DNA of 64,000 nucleotides from Gemmatimonadales bacterium (GTDB lineage Bacteria; Gemmatimonadota; Gemmatimonadetes; Gemmatimonadales; GWC2-71-9): NCBI GenBank assembly GCA_965249575.1, contig OZ252244.1, positions 2,048,001 to 2,112,000 of the forward strand, read 5' to 3'. Shown piece by piece: positions 48,502 to 60,159 of this stretch (position 1 is its first letter; each line of letters starts with the position of its first letter). The notes under the pieces were generated by a model. It saw only the letters and a program-made list of their open reading frames with translations, ran no database searches and was not told where the DNA came from. The position numbers and the translations under genes were made by a program.

Positions 48502-50390
48502 ATGACGAGGACAGGTACCGCAGGGGCGATCGGCGTGTTAGTGGTGGCGCTGGTTTGGCCGGCGGGCGATGCCATGGCACAGGCAGCCACCCAGCGGTTT
48601 CCGAGGCCGGCGCCGCGGTTCGAGGTAAAGCTGGACCGGAGCGTGTGGATTCCCATGCGGGACGGTGTGAGGCTGTCGACCGATTTCTACTGGCCTCAGG
48701 GAGTACCTGACACACTGCCGACCGTGCTCATACGCACGCCCTACAACAAGAACCGCTATCGCATCGACGGATCGGTTGCCCGTTGGTGGGCCAGTCAGGG
48801 ATACGTGGTTGCCACCCAGGACACCCGCGGAAGGTGGGAATCGGGGGGTGAGTATGTCATTCAGGGTCATGACGACGTGGACGGGTACGACACGGTCGAC
48901 TGGCTCTCGAAGCAACCGTGGTCCAACGGAAGGATCGGAACGTATGGGTGTTCATATGTCGGCGACGTGCAGATCATGCAGGCCACCCTCCGACACCCTA
49001 ATCTCACCGCGCTCATACCGCAGGCGGCCGGAAGTTCCATAGGGTCGGCGGGCGGTCGCTATCGCTACTTTGGCGTGCGAAATGGCGGGGCGGTCGAGTT
49101 GGCGGCTGGGCTTGGCTGGTTTCGGAACAACGGCAGCAAGGTCTACTACCGTCCTCCACCTGGCACATCTCAAGAGACCTGGGTGGCGGTGCAGGACTTC
49201 TTCAACCCGGGGCCAATCCCGCCGGACATCAACTATCGCGAGATGTGGCGTTCGCTCCCGCTCCTCGATATGGTTGAGAGATCCGGCGCGCCTCCTACCG
49301 ATTGGAATGACCTGACGACACGGGACCTCACTGACCCGTGGTGGGATCAGTTCGCCTATCTGACACCCTCGGATCGTTTCGATGTGCCCGCTTTGCACAT
49401 CAACTCTTGGTACGATTTCGGCGTAACCGAAACGCTGTTGGAGTTCAACATGTTTCGCTCAAACGCGGAGAGCGCCCGCGGGCGGGATAACCAGTTCGCG
49501 ATCATCTCGCCCACGGTGCATTGCCGGTCGGAGCGCAGCACCCGGAACACCGTGGTCGGAGAGCGCGACGTGGGAGACGCGCAGTTCGACCAATTCGGTA
49601 CCTATCTTCGCTGGCCCTCGACTTTTGGCTGAAGGGAATCCAGAACGGCGTGACGGAGATGTCCAAGCTCCAGATCTACGTGATGGGCAAGGAAGAATGG
49701 CGTGGCGAGAACGAATGGCCGCTCGCTCGAACTCGGTATGCGAAGTACTACCTCCACAGCAACGGACACGCGAACAGTTTGTTCGGCACGGGAGCGCTGA
49801 GCACGACCGCACCCGGGGACGAGCCCCCCGACCGGTACGTGTACGATCCCGAGACGCCCGTGCCCTCCCGCGGTGGACCTATCTGTTGTACGGGAACACC
49901 GGATGCCCCGGAGGGGGCGTTCGATCAATCCGACGTCGAAGCACGTAGCGACGTGCTGGTGTACACGACCCCTGTTCTCGAGAGAGGGATCGAGGTGACC
50001 GGACCGATCGAATTGGTGCTGTACGTGTCATCATCCGCCCGGGATACCGATTTCACCGGCAAGCTCGTGGATGTGTACCCCGACGGTCGGGCTTTCAACG
50101 TGCAGGAGGGGATCTTGCGAGCCCGCTATCGCGAAGGGCTCCACAACAAGGTCTGGATGAGCCCGGGTGAGATCTACGAGGTGAAGGTCGACATGCAGTC
50201 GACGAGCAACTATTTCCCGGCTGGACACCGGATCCGCCTGGAGGTGTCGAGCAGCAACTTCCCTCGGTTGGATCGGAACCTCAACACGGGTGGAAACAAT
50301 TACGACGAAACAGAATGGAGCATCGCCAATAACGTGGTCCATCATTCGGCGGAGCATCCCTCTCACATCGTCTTGCCAGTGGTTGAATAG
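48502..50390 (+). CDS. Secreted CocE/NonD family hydrolase, copy 1 (frameshift near 49615)
   Basis: IPMRDGVRL, RTPY, QDTRGRWESGG, GCSY; C-terminal GHRIRLEVSSSNFPR. Confidence 0.92.
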
Positions 50391-50455
50391 AGAGTAGGGA
50401 CGGAATGGGGTTGGGGCAGGGAGTTCGAGGGCTGCAAACCTGGAGAGTTGACGTG

Positions 50456-52318
50456 ATGAGCAACCGAATACTCGTGGGCGGAGTTCTCGTGGTGGCATCT
50501 CTGGTGGCCATTGCGAGCCATGCTGGTGCGCAGGGCGCCAGCTTTCCGGAGGGTAAGTACTCCGTGCGCGTCGATTCGAGCGTGGGGATACCGATGCGGG
50601 ACGGCGTGAGGCTCCGTACGGACATCTATTTCCCTGTTGGCGCCGGGGATGAGCTGCCGACAATCCTGATGCGCACCCCTTACAACAAGAACCGGTTTCG
50701 GCGGCGGGGGGCCGACCGGTCCTCCGACCCGTACCGGTTCGCTGGGCACGGGTACGCAGTAGCGGTCCAGGACGTCCGCGGAAGGTACGAATCGGAGGGC
50801 GAGTACATCGTACAGGAAAACGATACTGAGGATGGCTATGACGCGGTGAGCTGGATCGTCGAGCAAACCTGGTCGAACGGCAGCGTCGGGCGCTACGGCT
50901 GCTCGTATCTCGGTGAGACGCAGGTCGAAGAGGCCAGAATGACGCACCCGAACCTCATGGCGCTACTCCCCCAGGCGGCCGGGGGGGCGTACAGGTGGTT
51001 CGGCATTCTGAATGGCGGTGCGATCGAGCTGTCTACCGGGTTTGGTTGGTTCCGCAATCAGGGAACGAAGATCTTCTACCGACCTCCGCCTGGGACGCCC
51101 GACTCTTTCTACCGAGAGTCTGCTCCCTATTTCAATCCAGCCCCCAAGCTTCCCGAGATCAACTACCGTGAGATGTGGAACAGTCTACCCGTCATGAACA
51201 TGGTCGAGCGTGCTGGGACGCCTCCGACTGATTGGGAGGACTACGTCACCCACGAACGCAGCGACCCATGGTGGGATCGGTTCGACTATGTGAAGGACAC
51301 AGACCAGTTCGACGTGCCCGCGCTCCACGTCAACTCGTGGTTTGACGTCCTCGCCCGTGAGACTCTGGACCTGTTCAACCTGTTCCGTACCAACGCCAAG
51401 AGCGAACGTGGACGAGATCATCAGTACATCATCATGTCGCCCACGACCCACTGTCAGTCTCATCGCGCCACCGAACAGACAAAGGTGGGCCGGCTCGACG
51501 TCGGCGATGCCCGGTTCGACTACTACGGTCTTTACCTTCGCTGGTTCGATTATTGGCTCAAGGGAGTCGAAAACGGGGTCACCGACATTCCAAAGCTCCA
51601 GATCTATGTCATGGGCAGGGACGAGTGGCGAGGCGAAAGCGAGTGGCCACTCGCGCGTACCCAATGGACCAAGTACTACCTACACAGTGACGGCCGCGCC
51701 AATAGCCGGTTCGGCAGCGGCACGCTGAGCACCGACGCCCCCGGGAACGAGCCGCCGGACGAATACGTGTTCGACCCAGGCAACTCGGTCCCCTCAGTCG
51801 GTGGTCCCGTCTGCTGTACGGGCACGCCGGATGCGCCGGCTGGCTCATTCGATCAGGCGGAAGTCGAGACGCGGAATGATGTTCTGGTGTATACCACACC
51901 GGTCCTCGAACGCGGCGTCGAAGTGACGGGGCCCCTCGACGCGGTGCTCTACGTTTCCTCCGATGCCAGGGACACTGACTTCACGGCGAAGCTGGTCGAC
52001 GTCTACCCGGACGGCGCCGCATACAACATTCAGGAGGGAATAGCACGAGCCCGCTACCGAGAAGGCATCGACCGCAACGTTTGGATGGAGCCCGGCGGAG
52101 TGTACGAGGTGAAGGTCGACGTTCAGGCGACCAGCTACTACTTCCGGCCGGGACACAGAATACGGCTCGAAATATCGAGCAGTAACTTCCCGCGTTTCGA
52201 TCGGAACATGAACACCGGTGGAAATAACTACGACGAGACCGAGTGGAAGGTGGCTAACAACGTCATCCACCACTCTACCGAGCACCCATCGCACATCGTG
52301 TTGCCGGTGATTGAGTAG
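50456..52318 (+). CDS. Secreted CocE/NonD family hydrolase, copy 2
   Basis: Same motifs, intact ORF, signal peptide. Confidence 0.94.
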   Translation: MSNRILVGGVLVVASLVAIASHAGAQGASFPEGKYSVRVDSSVGIPMRDGVRLRTDIYFPVGAGDELPTILMRTPYNKNRFRRRGADRSSDPYRFAGHGYAVAVQDVRGRYESEGEYIVQENDTEDGYDAVSWIVEQTWSNGSVGRYGCSYLGETQVEEARMTHPNLMALLPQAAGGAYRWFGILNGGAIELSTGFGWFRNQGTKIFYRPPPGTPDSFYRESAPYFNPAPKLPEINYREMWNSLPVMNMVERAGTPPTDWEDYVTHERSDPWWDRFDYVKDTDQFDVPALHVNSWFDVLARETLDLFNLFRTNAKSERGRDHQYIIMSPTTHCQSHRATEQTKVGRLDVGDARFDYYGLYLRWFDYWLKGVENGVTDIPKLQIYVMGRDEWRGESEWPLARTQWTKYYLHSDGRANSRFGSGTLSTDAPGNEPPDEYVFDPGNSVPSVGGPVCCTGTPDAPAGSFDQAEVETRNDVLVYTTPVLERGVEVTGPLDAVLYVSSDARDTDFTAKLVDVYPDGAAYNIQEGIARARYREGIDRNVWMEPGGVYEVKVDVQATSYYFRPGHRIRLEISSSNFPRFDRNMNTGGNNYDETEWKVANNVIHHSTEHPSHIVLPVIE

Positions 52319-52494
52319 GGAGTAGGGAGTTGGGGGGAGGGCCAATGACTGGTGAATGGTGAGTCGCTAGTGATGCGTAACGGGTAGGGATGAGTTTGGC
52401 CGCTATGTCATTCGACTCACGTAAGTGGCCCGGCGGCGCAGTTTGCGTGCGGAAGGCCCCGTCGCGTCAGTCGCGTGCATTGGGGTACGGTGCT

Positions 52495-54465
52495 TTATCC
52501 CAAGCTGTCTCGGCGCCGTTGAGTTCCCTCGATGGCGGCCGGATTCTCGAGGGCTGACGTGTCGCCGAGCGGCTCGCCCAGGTAAGCCGCTCGGATCAAT
52601 CGGCGCATGACCTTCGCGTTCCGCGTCTTCGGAAGCGTCGGTACGAACAGAACTCGCTTGGGCTTGAGTGGCTTGCCAAGCTCTCGGGCAACCCGGGCGG
52701 CGACGTCAGATTCGAGTTGGGGTCCGACTTCGACTCCGGCGTTGAGCACGCAGAACGCGACCATTGCCGTTCCCTTGAGCTCATCCGGGACGCCGATGAC
52801 GGCGGCTTCCAGCACGGCATCATGCGCGACGAGAATCGATTCGACTTCCGCCGGTCCGACCCGCTTGCCGGCGATCTTGAGCGTGTCGTCACTGCGGCCG
52901 AGAATGTACCACTGGCCGTCGTCATCCACCCGAGCCCAGTCGCCGTGAACCCACGTGTCGGGCCACCGCGACCAGTAGGTGTCGAGATACCGCTCACGAT
53001 CCCTCCAGAATCCCCGGGCCATCCCGATCCAGGGCCCCCGAATCACGAGCTCCCCGACCGCGCCGCGAACCGATCGTCCCTGTTCGTCCGCCACGTCCGC
53101 TGCGATCCCCGGGCAGGGCGCAGGGAACGAGCCGGGCTTCATTGGAAGGAGGGGGTTGCCACCCAAGATCCCGCCGGAGATTTCAGTGCCCCCCGAGTAG
53201 TTGATGATCGGTATCCGGCTCCCACCAACGTTGTCGAAGAGCCACCACCAGGGTCCCGGGTTCCAGGGCTCTCCAGTCGAGCCGAGGATTCGAAGAGACG
53301 AGAGGTCGTGGGCGTGAACGGGCTCGACCCCGTGTTCCATGAGCCCGCGCACCAGGGTAGGCGAGATGCCGAGAACATTGACCTTGTGTTTGGAAACGAA
53401 GGACCAGAGCCGCCCGGGGTCCGGATAGTCCGGCGCCCCGTCGTACAACACGAGTGTGGCTCCGAGAATGAGAGATCCGTAGATCAACCAGGGGCCCATC
53501 ATCCAACCGAGATCGGTGATCCAGGTGATCCGATCACCGGGACCGACGTCGGTGCCGAAGGCCATGTCTTGAGCGCTCTTGATGGGGAATCCACAGTGCG
53601 AGTGAAGAATTCCCTTCGGCCTTCCTGTGGTTCCGGAGCTGTAAAGCACGAGGAGCGGGTCCTCGGCATCTGTGGCTTCCGCGCCCCCGTTCGCCTCCTC
53701 GCGACTGCCCGCCTCCATGAGGGTCTCCCAATCGATGTCGCGTCCAGTACTCATTGGCGTGTCGGCGCCCGAATAGCGCACGACGACCACCAACTGGACG
53801 TTCGGGCACCTGTCGAGTGCCTCATCCGCGGCGCTCTTGGCCTCGATCTCCTTCCCGCGGCGCGAGAACCCATCACAGGTCACGAGCGCTTTGGCTGCCA
53901 CGTCATTGAGCCGCGACTCGATGGCCGCCGGGCCGTAACCGGAAAACAGCGGGACCGCGATTGCGCCGATGCGCGCGACCGCCAGGAGCGCGATGACCGT
54001 TTCGGGCAGCATCGGCAGGTGAATTCCCACGGCGTCGCCTCTTCCGATACCGTAGGCTCGGAAGCCTGCAGCGCATTTTTCCACGGCCCGATGCAGCTCC
54101 CGATAGGTGAAGGATCTGACCGTGCCCGTCTCGCCTTCCCATACTAGAGCTGGGGCCTGACCGTTCGCCTCTGCTCTCTGGTCGACGCAGCGGCTGATAT
54201 TGAGCGCTCCGTCCACGCACCACTTGGCCCAGGGGAGACCGGCCGAGAGATCGACCACCGCGCTGTAGGGTCGGTCGAACGGAACGTCGAGAAAGGCGAG
54301 TACCCGCTCGGTGAACCAGGAGACGTCTGCAACGGATTTCCGGTACAGTTCCTCGAACGTGTGTATCTCGTTCGCGGTCATAAAGCGCGTGAGCTGGGCA
54401 CGCCGGCGGGCTTCCTCATCGGGTCGCCAGGCGATCGCGTCGTCGCGGGAGTTCGGTTCTGTCAT
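52495..54465 (-). CDS. Acyl-CoA synthetase (acetate-CoA ligase-like)
   Basis: [45 protein letters not shown]. Confidence 0.93.
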   Translation of the reverse strand: MTEPNSRDDAIAWRPDEEARRRAQLTRFMTANEIHTFEELYRKSVADVSWFTERVLAFLDVPFDRPYSAVVDLSAGLPWAKWCVDGALNISRCVDQRAEANGQAPALVWEGETGTVRSFTYRELHRAVEKCAAGFRAYGIGRGDAVGIHLPMLPETVIALLAVARIGAIAVPLFSGYGPAAIESRLNDVAAKALVTCDGFSRRGKEIEAKSAADEALDRCPNVQLVVVVRYSGADTPMSTGRDIDWETLMEAGSREEANGGAEATDAEDPLLVLYSSGTTGRPKGILHSHCGFPIKSAQDMAFGTDVGPGDRITWITDLGWMMGPWLIYGSLILGATLVLYDGAPDYPDPGRLWSFVSKHKVNVLGISPTLVRGLMEHGVEPVHAHDLSSLRILGSTGEPWNPGPWWWLFDNVGGSRIPIINYSGGTEISGGILGGNPLLPMKPGSFPAPCPGIAADVADEQGRSVRGAVGELVIRGPWIGMARGFWRDRERYLDTYWSRWPDTWVHGDWARVDDDGQWYILGRSDDTLKIAGKRVGPAEVESILVAHDAVLEAAVIGVPDELKGTAMVAFCVLNAGVEVGPQLESDVAARVARELGKPLKPKRVLFVPTLPKTRNAKVMRRLIRAAYLGEPLGDTSALENPAAIEGTQRRRDSLG

Positions 54466-54600
54466 AGCCGGGGCACAAAACTACTCTATTCCCGCATTGG
54501 CCGAAACGCGAGAGGTTGCGCTGACGCGCCTGTTCGTGCGGGCGAGTCGAACGAGGTCTATCTTCCCGTTGAGCCGGTGGAATCCAGCGGAGGCGCTCAG

Positions 54601-55095
54601 ATGCCCGATGCTCTAAAGACTCCGACTACACTTGCCAAGCGAAACGCCCATCTCCTCGTTGGATCAGTGGTGTGTACGTTTCTGCTCCTGCGTTTCGCAC
54701 TCCACAGCTCTCCAAATTCCGACCTGACGCTCGGCGGGTACAGCGTTCACCATCTATTCACGGGTCTCGTCCTCATTGCCATCGGCGGCATCCCATTGGC
54801 CGTGTTTCGAGGGCACACCCGAAGGCTGGATGCCTCACTGGTGGTATTTGGCGCGGGTCTGGGCATGGCGCTCGATGAGTGGGTGTATCTGATTGCGACC
54901 GGGGGTAGCAACGCCGAGTACCTGCTTCCGGTATCGCTATGGGGAGGCATCACGGTTGTGGGATTGGCGTGCGTTTACACGTTGGGGTTGGTGGCGCTGC
55001 GCGGCCGTAGTGACGAGTCGCGCGGTACCGAGCCCAGAGGAGACGGACGTAGTGAGGGTGGGAGTGCACGGGGCGGACCGACAACCCTCGTCTGA
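54601..55095 (+). CDS. Hypothetical membrane protein
   Basis: GGAGG RBS; GGYSVHHLFTG, FGAGLGMALDE; four TM helices. Confidence 0.78.
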   Translation: MPDALKTPTTLAKRNAHLLVGSVVCTFLLLRFALHSSPNSDLTLGGYSVHHLFTGLVLIAIGGIPLAVFRGHTRRLDASLVVFGAGLGMALDEWVYLIATGGSNAEYLLPVSLWGGITVVGLACVYTLGLVALRGRSDESRGTEPRGDGRSEGGSARGGPTTLV

Positions 55096-55835
55096 ATCGG
55101 CGGTCCGGGGGGGAACGCGCCGCTTCTTGACGGCGGAGTGGCGCGACCTGGCGATGCTGAGCTATCAGGTCGATCCCGGCATACTGGCTGACCGCGTTCC
55201 GCTGGGAACCATGTTGGATTCATTCGAGGGCCGCCACTTCGTGAGTGTAGTCGGATTCCGCTTCATCGACACCCGGGTCTTCGGAATACCGGTCCCCTTT
55301 CATCGCGACTTCGACGAGGTCAATCTGCGGTTCTACGTGCGGCGTGAAACCGGGGCCGGCGCTCGGCGGGGCGTGGTGTTCATCAAGGAGATCGTCCCGA
55401 GCGTCGCGATCGCCAACATTGCGCTGGGTCTATAACGAGAACTACGTCGCGATGCCGATGAGGAGTGAGATTCGGCGACCAACTCCCAAGGAGTCGCCGG
55501 TGGGCATCTTCGAGTACGGGTGGGGCTCGCCCGATCGGTGGCACCACATGAAGGTGCGGACCTCGGGGACGGACGCCTTGCCGCCCGCGGAATCGCTCGA
55601 GACGTTCTTTGCCGAGCACTACTGGGGGTATGGGGTGCGCCGGGATGGAAGCACTCTCGAGTACGTGGTAGAACACTCGCCGTGGCGGTTGTGGCGTGCG
55701 GCCGAGGCGAGTCTGCACTGTGCTGCGGGACAAGTCTACGGACACGAGTTCGATGCCGTTCGCCGCGGCCAGCCGGTGTCGGCCTTCGTAGCCTTGGGCT
55801 CCGCGGTGTCGTTGCGCCTGCCGGTCAAGCTGTGA
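55052..55835 (+). CDS. DUF2071/YqjF family protein (frameshift near 55423)
   Basis: FLTAEWRDL, EVNLRFYV, GVVFIKEIVP, YNENY, EHYWGY, YVVEH.PW. Confidence 0.85.
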
Positions 55836-55921
55836 GAGGAGTGGGCCTGGCGCGACGGGTCCTCGCGAGGGAATTTGTGATCGTGCTCCGACTGTATCCT
55901 ACGACTCACGCGAGATCTTCG

Positions 55922-56389
55922 ATGAGATCCTCACTCGCGGCGCTAACGCTGCTCATCGGCTTGGCGCCGCTTGGCACTTGTGCGCGGACCCAGATGCCAA
56001 ACGCCGTGCGGCGATCGATTCCAGACCAAGCCAACGCCGTTAGGCTGCGCTCCGAATTGTCGCCCGCGAGCCTGTACCAGGCGGTTCAAAGCGTGCTCGT
56101 GGAAAACGGTTTCCTGTTTGCCGAAGCGAACGATTCAGCCATGACGCTGGTCACCCGACCAACGAGGGTCGGCAAGATCGTACCGGAGCTACGCGTGCGA
56201 CTGCACGTCCGTCCTCGTCGAAGCGAGAGCGAGCTGACGGCGACCGGGGAGTTCCTATTCCAAGGAGCGGTGTGGCGCCCACTCGCGTTCGGCGAAGGCA
56301 ACGCCGACGCCAGCGCGGGATATGAAGAACTGGTGTTGCTGATCGGCCAGGTCCCCCATGTCGAGATCCGATACGAGGCTGTGGAATAG
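55922..56389 (+). CDS. Secreted hypothetical protein
   Basis: Signal-peptide-like N terminus; alpha/beta globular sequence. Confidence 0.65.
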   Translation: MRSSLAALTLLIGLAPLGTCARTQMPNAVRRSIPDQANAVRLRSELSPASLYQAVQSVLVENGFLFAEANDSAMTLVTRPTRVGKIVPELRVRLHVRPRRSESELTATGEFLFQGAVWRPLAFGEGNADASAGYEELVLLIGQVPHVEIRYEAVE

Positions 56390-56515
56390 GCGATCCACAC
56401 GAGGATGGGCTCTCGACCAACGTGCCAACACTGCCAAAACCAGTGCGGGGCCGCGATATTCTCTTCGGGATGACCGCGAGCTCCAGATAGTTCTTGTACT
56501 GCCGGAGACACATCG

Positions 56516-57445
56516 ATGGGATTGATGCGCACAGCGCTGTTGGTTGGCGCGCGGAGCAAGTGGCTCGACGAACAATTCAGGCGCCGCGGTTTCGCGAGGA
56601 AGGCGGTTGCCCGCTTCATGCCGGGCGAAGACGTAGAAGATGCCCTGCGTGCCGCGGAAGACTGCCGCGCGAGTGGCCGGTCGGCCATTCTGACGCAGCT
56701 TGGGGAGAACGTGGTCGATCGTGGGGCCGCCACGGGGGTCATCGATCACTATCTCGATGTGCTCGACCGGGTAAAGACGCGCGGGCTCGGCGCGCACGTC
56801 TCGGTCAAACTGACGCAACTCGGCCTCGATCTGGACCAAGATCTCGCGCTCGGCGGCCTGCTGAAACTGGTCCGCCGAGCGTCGGAGGTGGACAACTTCA
56901 TCTGGATCGACATGGAGGATTCGAGCTACGTCGATCGTACGCTCGCTATTTTCAGGCGGGCCCGCGAACGCTTTTCCAATGTGGGCGTTTGCCTACAGTC
57001 CTACCTGTTCCGCACCCCTAACGATTTGGAATCGTTGGTCCCAATGGCTGCGGCGCTCAGATTGGTAAAGGGAGCCTACAATGAATCGCACCAGGTGGCG
57101 TACCCGCGAAAGGTCGATGTCGATGCTCAGTTTCTGAGCCTGGCAATGCGGCTTCTCCGGACCGACGCCCGGTCAGAGAAGCCGCTTCTGGGGTTCGGGA
57201 CTCACGACCCGCGGCTGATCGAGCTCGTTCGCCAGCACGCCCAGTCCGTCGAGGTACCATCGGATGCCTTCGAGATTCAGATGCTCTACGGCATCGCCCG
57301 GGCGGAGCAGGAACGCCTCACCGCAGCCGGGCTCAGGGTCCGGATTCTGATCAGCTACGGCGCCGCATGGTTTCCATGGTACATGCGCAGACTCGCCGAG
57401 CGTCCGGCGAACGTTCTGTTCGCATTGCGCAGCGCGTTTGCCTAA
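56516..57445 (+). CDS. Monofunctional proline dehydrogenase
   Basis: RFMPGE, SVKLTQLGL, IDMEDS, LQSYL.RT, RLVKGAY, GTHD, QMLYGI, YMRRLAERPAN. Confidence 0.95.
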   Translation: MGLMRTALLVGARSKWLDEQFRRRGFARKAVARFMPGEDVEDALRAAEDCRASGRSAILTQLGENVVDRGAATGVIDHYLDVLDRVKTRGLGAHVSVKLTQLGLDLDQDLALGGLLKLVRRASEVDNFIWIDMEDSSYVDRTLAIFRRARERFSNVGVCLQSYLFRTPNDLESLVPMAAALRLVKGAYNESHQVAYPRKVDVDAQFLSLAMRLLRTDARSEKPLLGFGTHDPRLIELVRQHAQSVEVPSDAFEIQMLYGIARAEQERLTAAGLRVRILISYGAAWFPWYMRRLAERPANVLFALRSAFA

Positions 57446-57466
57446 ACCACGAGGGGGACATCGTTC

Positions 57467-59104
57467 ATGAAAAAGGCCCCGTCCGTCAGGAACACGACAC
57501 TGCTCCTGGGATTGCTCGCCCTGGCAGTCGGGCGGCCTCAGCCCGTCGTCGCGCAGCGGGGTGTGGGACCACGGTTTGACGTTTCTGTGCCTCCCTCCCT
57601 GCTATCGGGGCCGGTGACGGGCAGGGTGTACGTCATGATCTCGCGAACCGCGGAAAGGGAGCCCCGCCTCCAGATCGGACGTACCGGCGTCCCGTTCTTT
57701 GGACGCGACGTGGAGCAGCTTGGGATCGGCGGCGTCGCGGTTCTGGACGATACAGATCTCGGGAGCCCGGTCTCGAACTTGCGGGACATCCCGCCCGGTG
57801 ATTACTACGTCCAGGGATTCGTGAACATCTATTCCGAGTTCCGGCGCGCCGATGGGTACGTCGTCTGGATGCACGACGATCGGTGGGAGGGACAGCACTG
57901 GAACGTCTCGACGGGGAACCTCTACAGTGACGTGCGGCGGGTCCGCCTCGACGCGGGCGAGGGCTACCAAATTGCGTTGAGCGCGGATAAGGTGATCCCA
58001 CCCATCGACGTGCCGACCGACAACGAATGGGTGAAGCGTATCAAGTTCGAAAGCCCCACGTTGACCAAATTCTGGGGTCGGCCGATCTTTCTCGGAGCGA
58101 CCGTGCTGCTTCCGAAGGATCACGCCAACACAACGATTCGCTACCCCGTCAACTACATCCAGGGACACTTCTCGATCCGTCCCCCGTACCGATTCGAAGA
58201 GGGGAGCGAGTTCCATCGGGAATGGGCGGGAGATGGCTTCCCCCGGATCGTTGCGGTCACGTTCCAGCATCCCAACCCGTATTTCGACGACTCATATGCG
58301 GTGAACTCTGTGAACGTCGGGCCCTACGGCGACGCCTTCATGCAGGAGCTCATCCCCGAGGTCGAGAGCAGATTCCGCATCATCCAGGAGCCATGGGCAC
58401 GCTACCTGTCGGGCGGATCGACCGGGGGATGGGAGGCTCTGGCATTGCAGATCTTCCATCCCGATTTCTTTGGCGGGACGTGGGCGTACTGCCCGGATCC
58501 CGTGACCTTCATCGACGTAGAGGGCGTCAACTTCTACGAGGACGTGAACGCCTTCTACAAACAGCACGCATGGCGGCGTGTCCCGACGCCCAACACTAGG
58601 GAAACCGATGGTAGGATTCGCCTCACGTCTCAGCAGCGGAATCACTTCGAGCTGGTGAGTGGCACCAAGGGCCGCTCCGGGCAGCAGATCGATATCTGGT
58701 CGGCCGTGTGGGGACCACTCGGGGACGATGGGTACTTCAAACCGGCCTTCAACAAGCTCACCGGCGAGATCTACCCTGATGTTGTCCAGTATTGGCGTGA
58801 GAACTACGATCTCCTCTACTACTTGCAACAGAATTGGGCCACCGTGGGCCCGAAGTTGGTGGACAAGGTCCACGTCTATACCGGTGACATGGACAACTTC
58901 TATCTCAACAATGCCGTGAAGGAGATGGAGTCGTGGATGAAGACGACCACCAACCCGCACTATCCCGGGTTCTTCATGTACGGTGATGGAAAGGGGCACT
59001 GCTACAGCGGTCCGGTGAGTGCCGCGGAGCGATTGAAGGAGATGGCTCAGTTCGGGTTGAGAAAGAGACCGGAGGGCACGACGACGCCATGGTGGCAATA
59101 TTAG
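57467..59104 (+). CDS. Secreted alpha/beta-hydrolase (esterase-like)
   Basis: Signal peptide; GGSTGGW; DDSYAVNSVNVGPYGD; paralog of 37336-39075. Confidence 0.87.
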   Translation: MKKAPSVRNTTLLLGLLALAVGRPQPVVAQRGVGPRFDVSVPPSLLSGPVTGRVYVMISRTAEREPRLQIGRTGVPFFGRDVEQLGIGGVAVLDDTDLGSPVSNLRDIPPGDYYVQGFVNIYSEFRRADGYVVWMHDDRWEGQHWNVSTGNLYSDVRRVRLDAGEGYQIALSADKVIPPIDVPTDNEWVKRIKFESPTLTKFWGRPIFLGATVLLPKDHANTTIRYPVNYIQGHFSIRPPYRFEEGSEFHREWAGDGFPRIVAVTFQHPNPYFDDSYAVNSVNVGPYGDAFMQELIPEVESRFRIIQEPWARYLSGGSTGGWEALALQIFHPDFFGGTWAYCPDPVTFIDVEGVNFYEDVNAFYKQHAWRRVPTPNTRETDGRIRLTSQQRNHFELVSGTKGRSGQQIDIWSAVWGPLGDDGYFKPAFNKLTGEIYPDVVQYWRENYDLLYYLQQNWATVGPKLVDKVHVYTGDMDNFYLNNAVKEMESWMKTTTNPHYPGFFMYGDGKGHCYSGPVSAAERLKEMAQFGLRKRPEGTTTPWWQY

Positions 59105-59127
59105 GGATTAGTTAGAGACCTCTTCAC

Positions 59128-59886
59128 CTAGCCACGGTCTCTACGAGCCTCGACCAAGAAACTGTCGACGGCCTTTCGGTGCTCATCGTACTCGGGCCGT
59201 CCCGCGTCTCTCTCCCTCGTATGACGATCAAGGAACTCGCGCCGTATTTCACGAAGCGACGCCGAGTCGCCCCGCGCCTGAGCCGCGCTCGCTCGAAGGA
59301 GGCTGGCGAACAGGTGATCCGGGACGTCCTGCTCCAGGGAATCGGCTTGGGCGAGCGCCGCAGCGAACTGTCCACCCACCGCGTTGATCAGCCCGACGTG
59401 ATATCGAGCGTCCGGATCGAGCCCGTCCAACAGCGCATATGCCTGGAGAGCCATCGGGACGAAGAACGTGACCTCGCTGGCGTCCCCCCGCTCGTGCGCG
59501 GTCATGATGCGGTTGAACAATCGGTCGGCACGCTCGCGGGGCGTCATGTTGCTGATGTCGGTCGTCGCGACCGACGGCACCCCTCCAGCGGGTGGAGTCA
59601 CGGGAACGCCTGCCGGCGCCTGGGAACGGAACGTTCCTGTGGCCACCAGTATCAGCGCAACGATAGCGACCCCCGCGACAGCCCAGGGTATCGCCGCGGC
59701 GACCCGCCTGGCTTGGCCTGTGAGTTGCGCACCGCACGCGTGGCAGAAACGGCTTGCTTGAGGTAGGTCGGTTCCGCATGACGGACAGCGGGTCTCACCG
59801 AGCGGTGTACCACAATTACTGCAGAAATTGCCGTCGGTTGGCTCGCGGCATTTCGGACAGGGTTGGCCTGGATTTTCCAAGATCAC
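59128..59886 (-). CDS. Double zinc-ribbon + TM + TPR-like protein
   Basis: Four CxxC motifs; TM; DISNMTPRERADRLFNRIM. Confidence 0.85.
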   Translation of the reverse strand: MILENPGQPCPKCREPTDGNFCSNCGTPLGETRCPSCGTDLPQASRFCHACGAQLTGQARRVAAAIPWAVAGVAIVALILVATGTFRSQAPAGVPVTPPAGGVPSVATTDISNMTPRERADRLFNRIMTAHERGDASEVTFFVPMALQAYALLDGLDPDARYHVGLINAVGGQFAAALAQADSLEQDVPDHLFASLLRASAAQARGDSASLREIRREFLDRHTRERDAGRPEYDEHRKAVDSFLVEARRDRG

Positions 59887-60159
59887 CTCCTATGGCGGCG
59901 CACTATTGCGAGTTCCGCTCATGTGCCGGTCGCCGATCATCCCCTCCGCTCTCCCCACGTCTCGAGCGAGAGGGACGATACCGTGTGCCCGAAATGAAGC
60001 AAGCCCATCGTGGCGTTCTGTAGCGGCCTGAATGACTGTGCGGGCCGCGCATTTTTGGAGCGCTCGAAATGGCTGGTGCATCTTTGCGGCCGCGCCTTTC
60101 CGCATTCTTGGCAATGCCCTGTCACAGCTACAGAGTAGGCCCTGCGCAGCGGCGGATAC

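Noticed and set aside
52717..54147. 476-aa + strand ORF
   Set aside because: Antisense shadow of the acyl-CoA synthetase.
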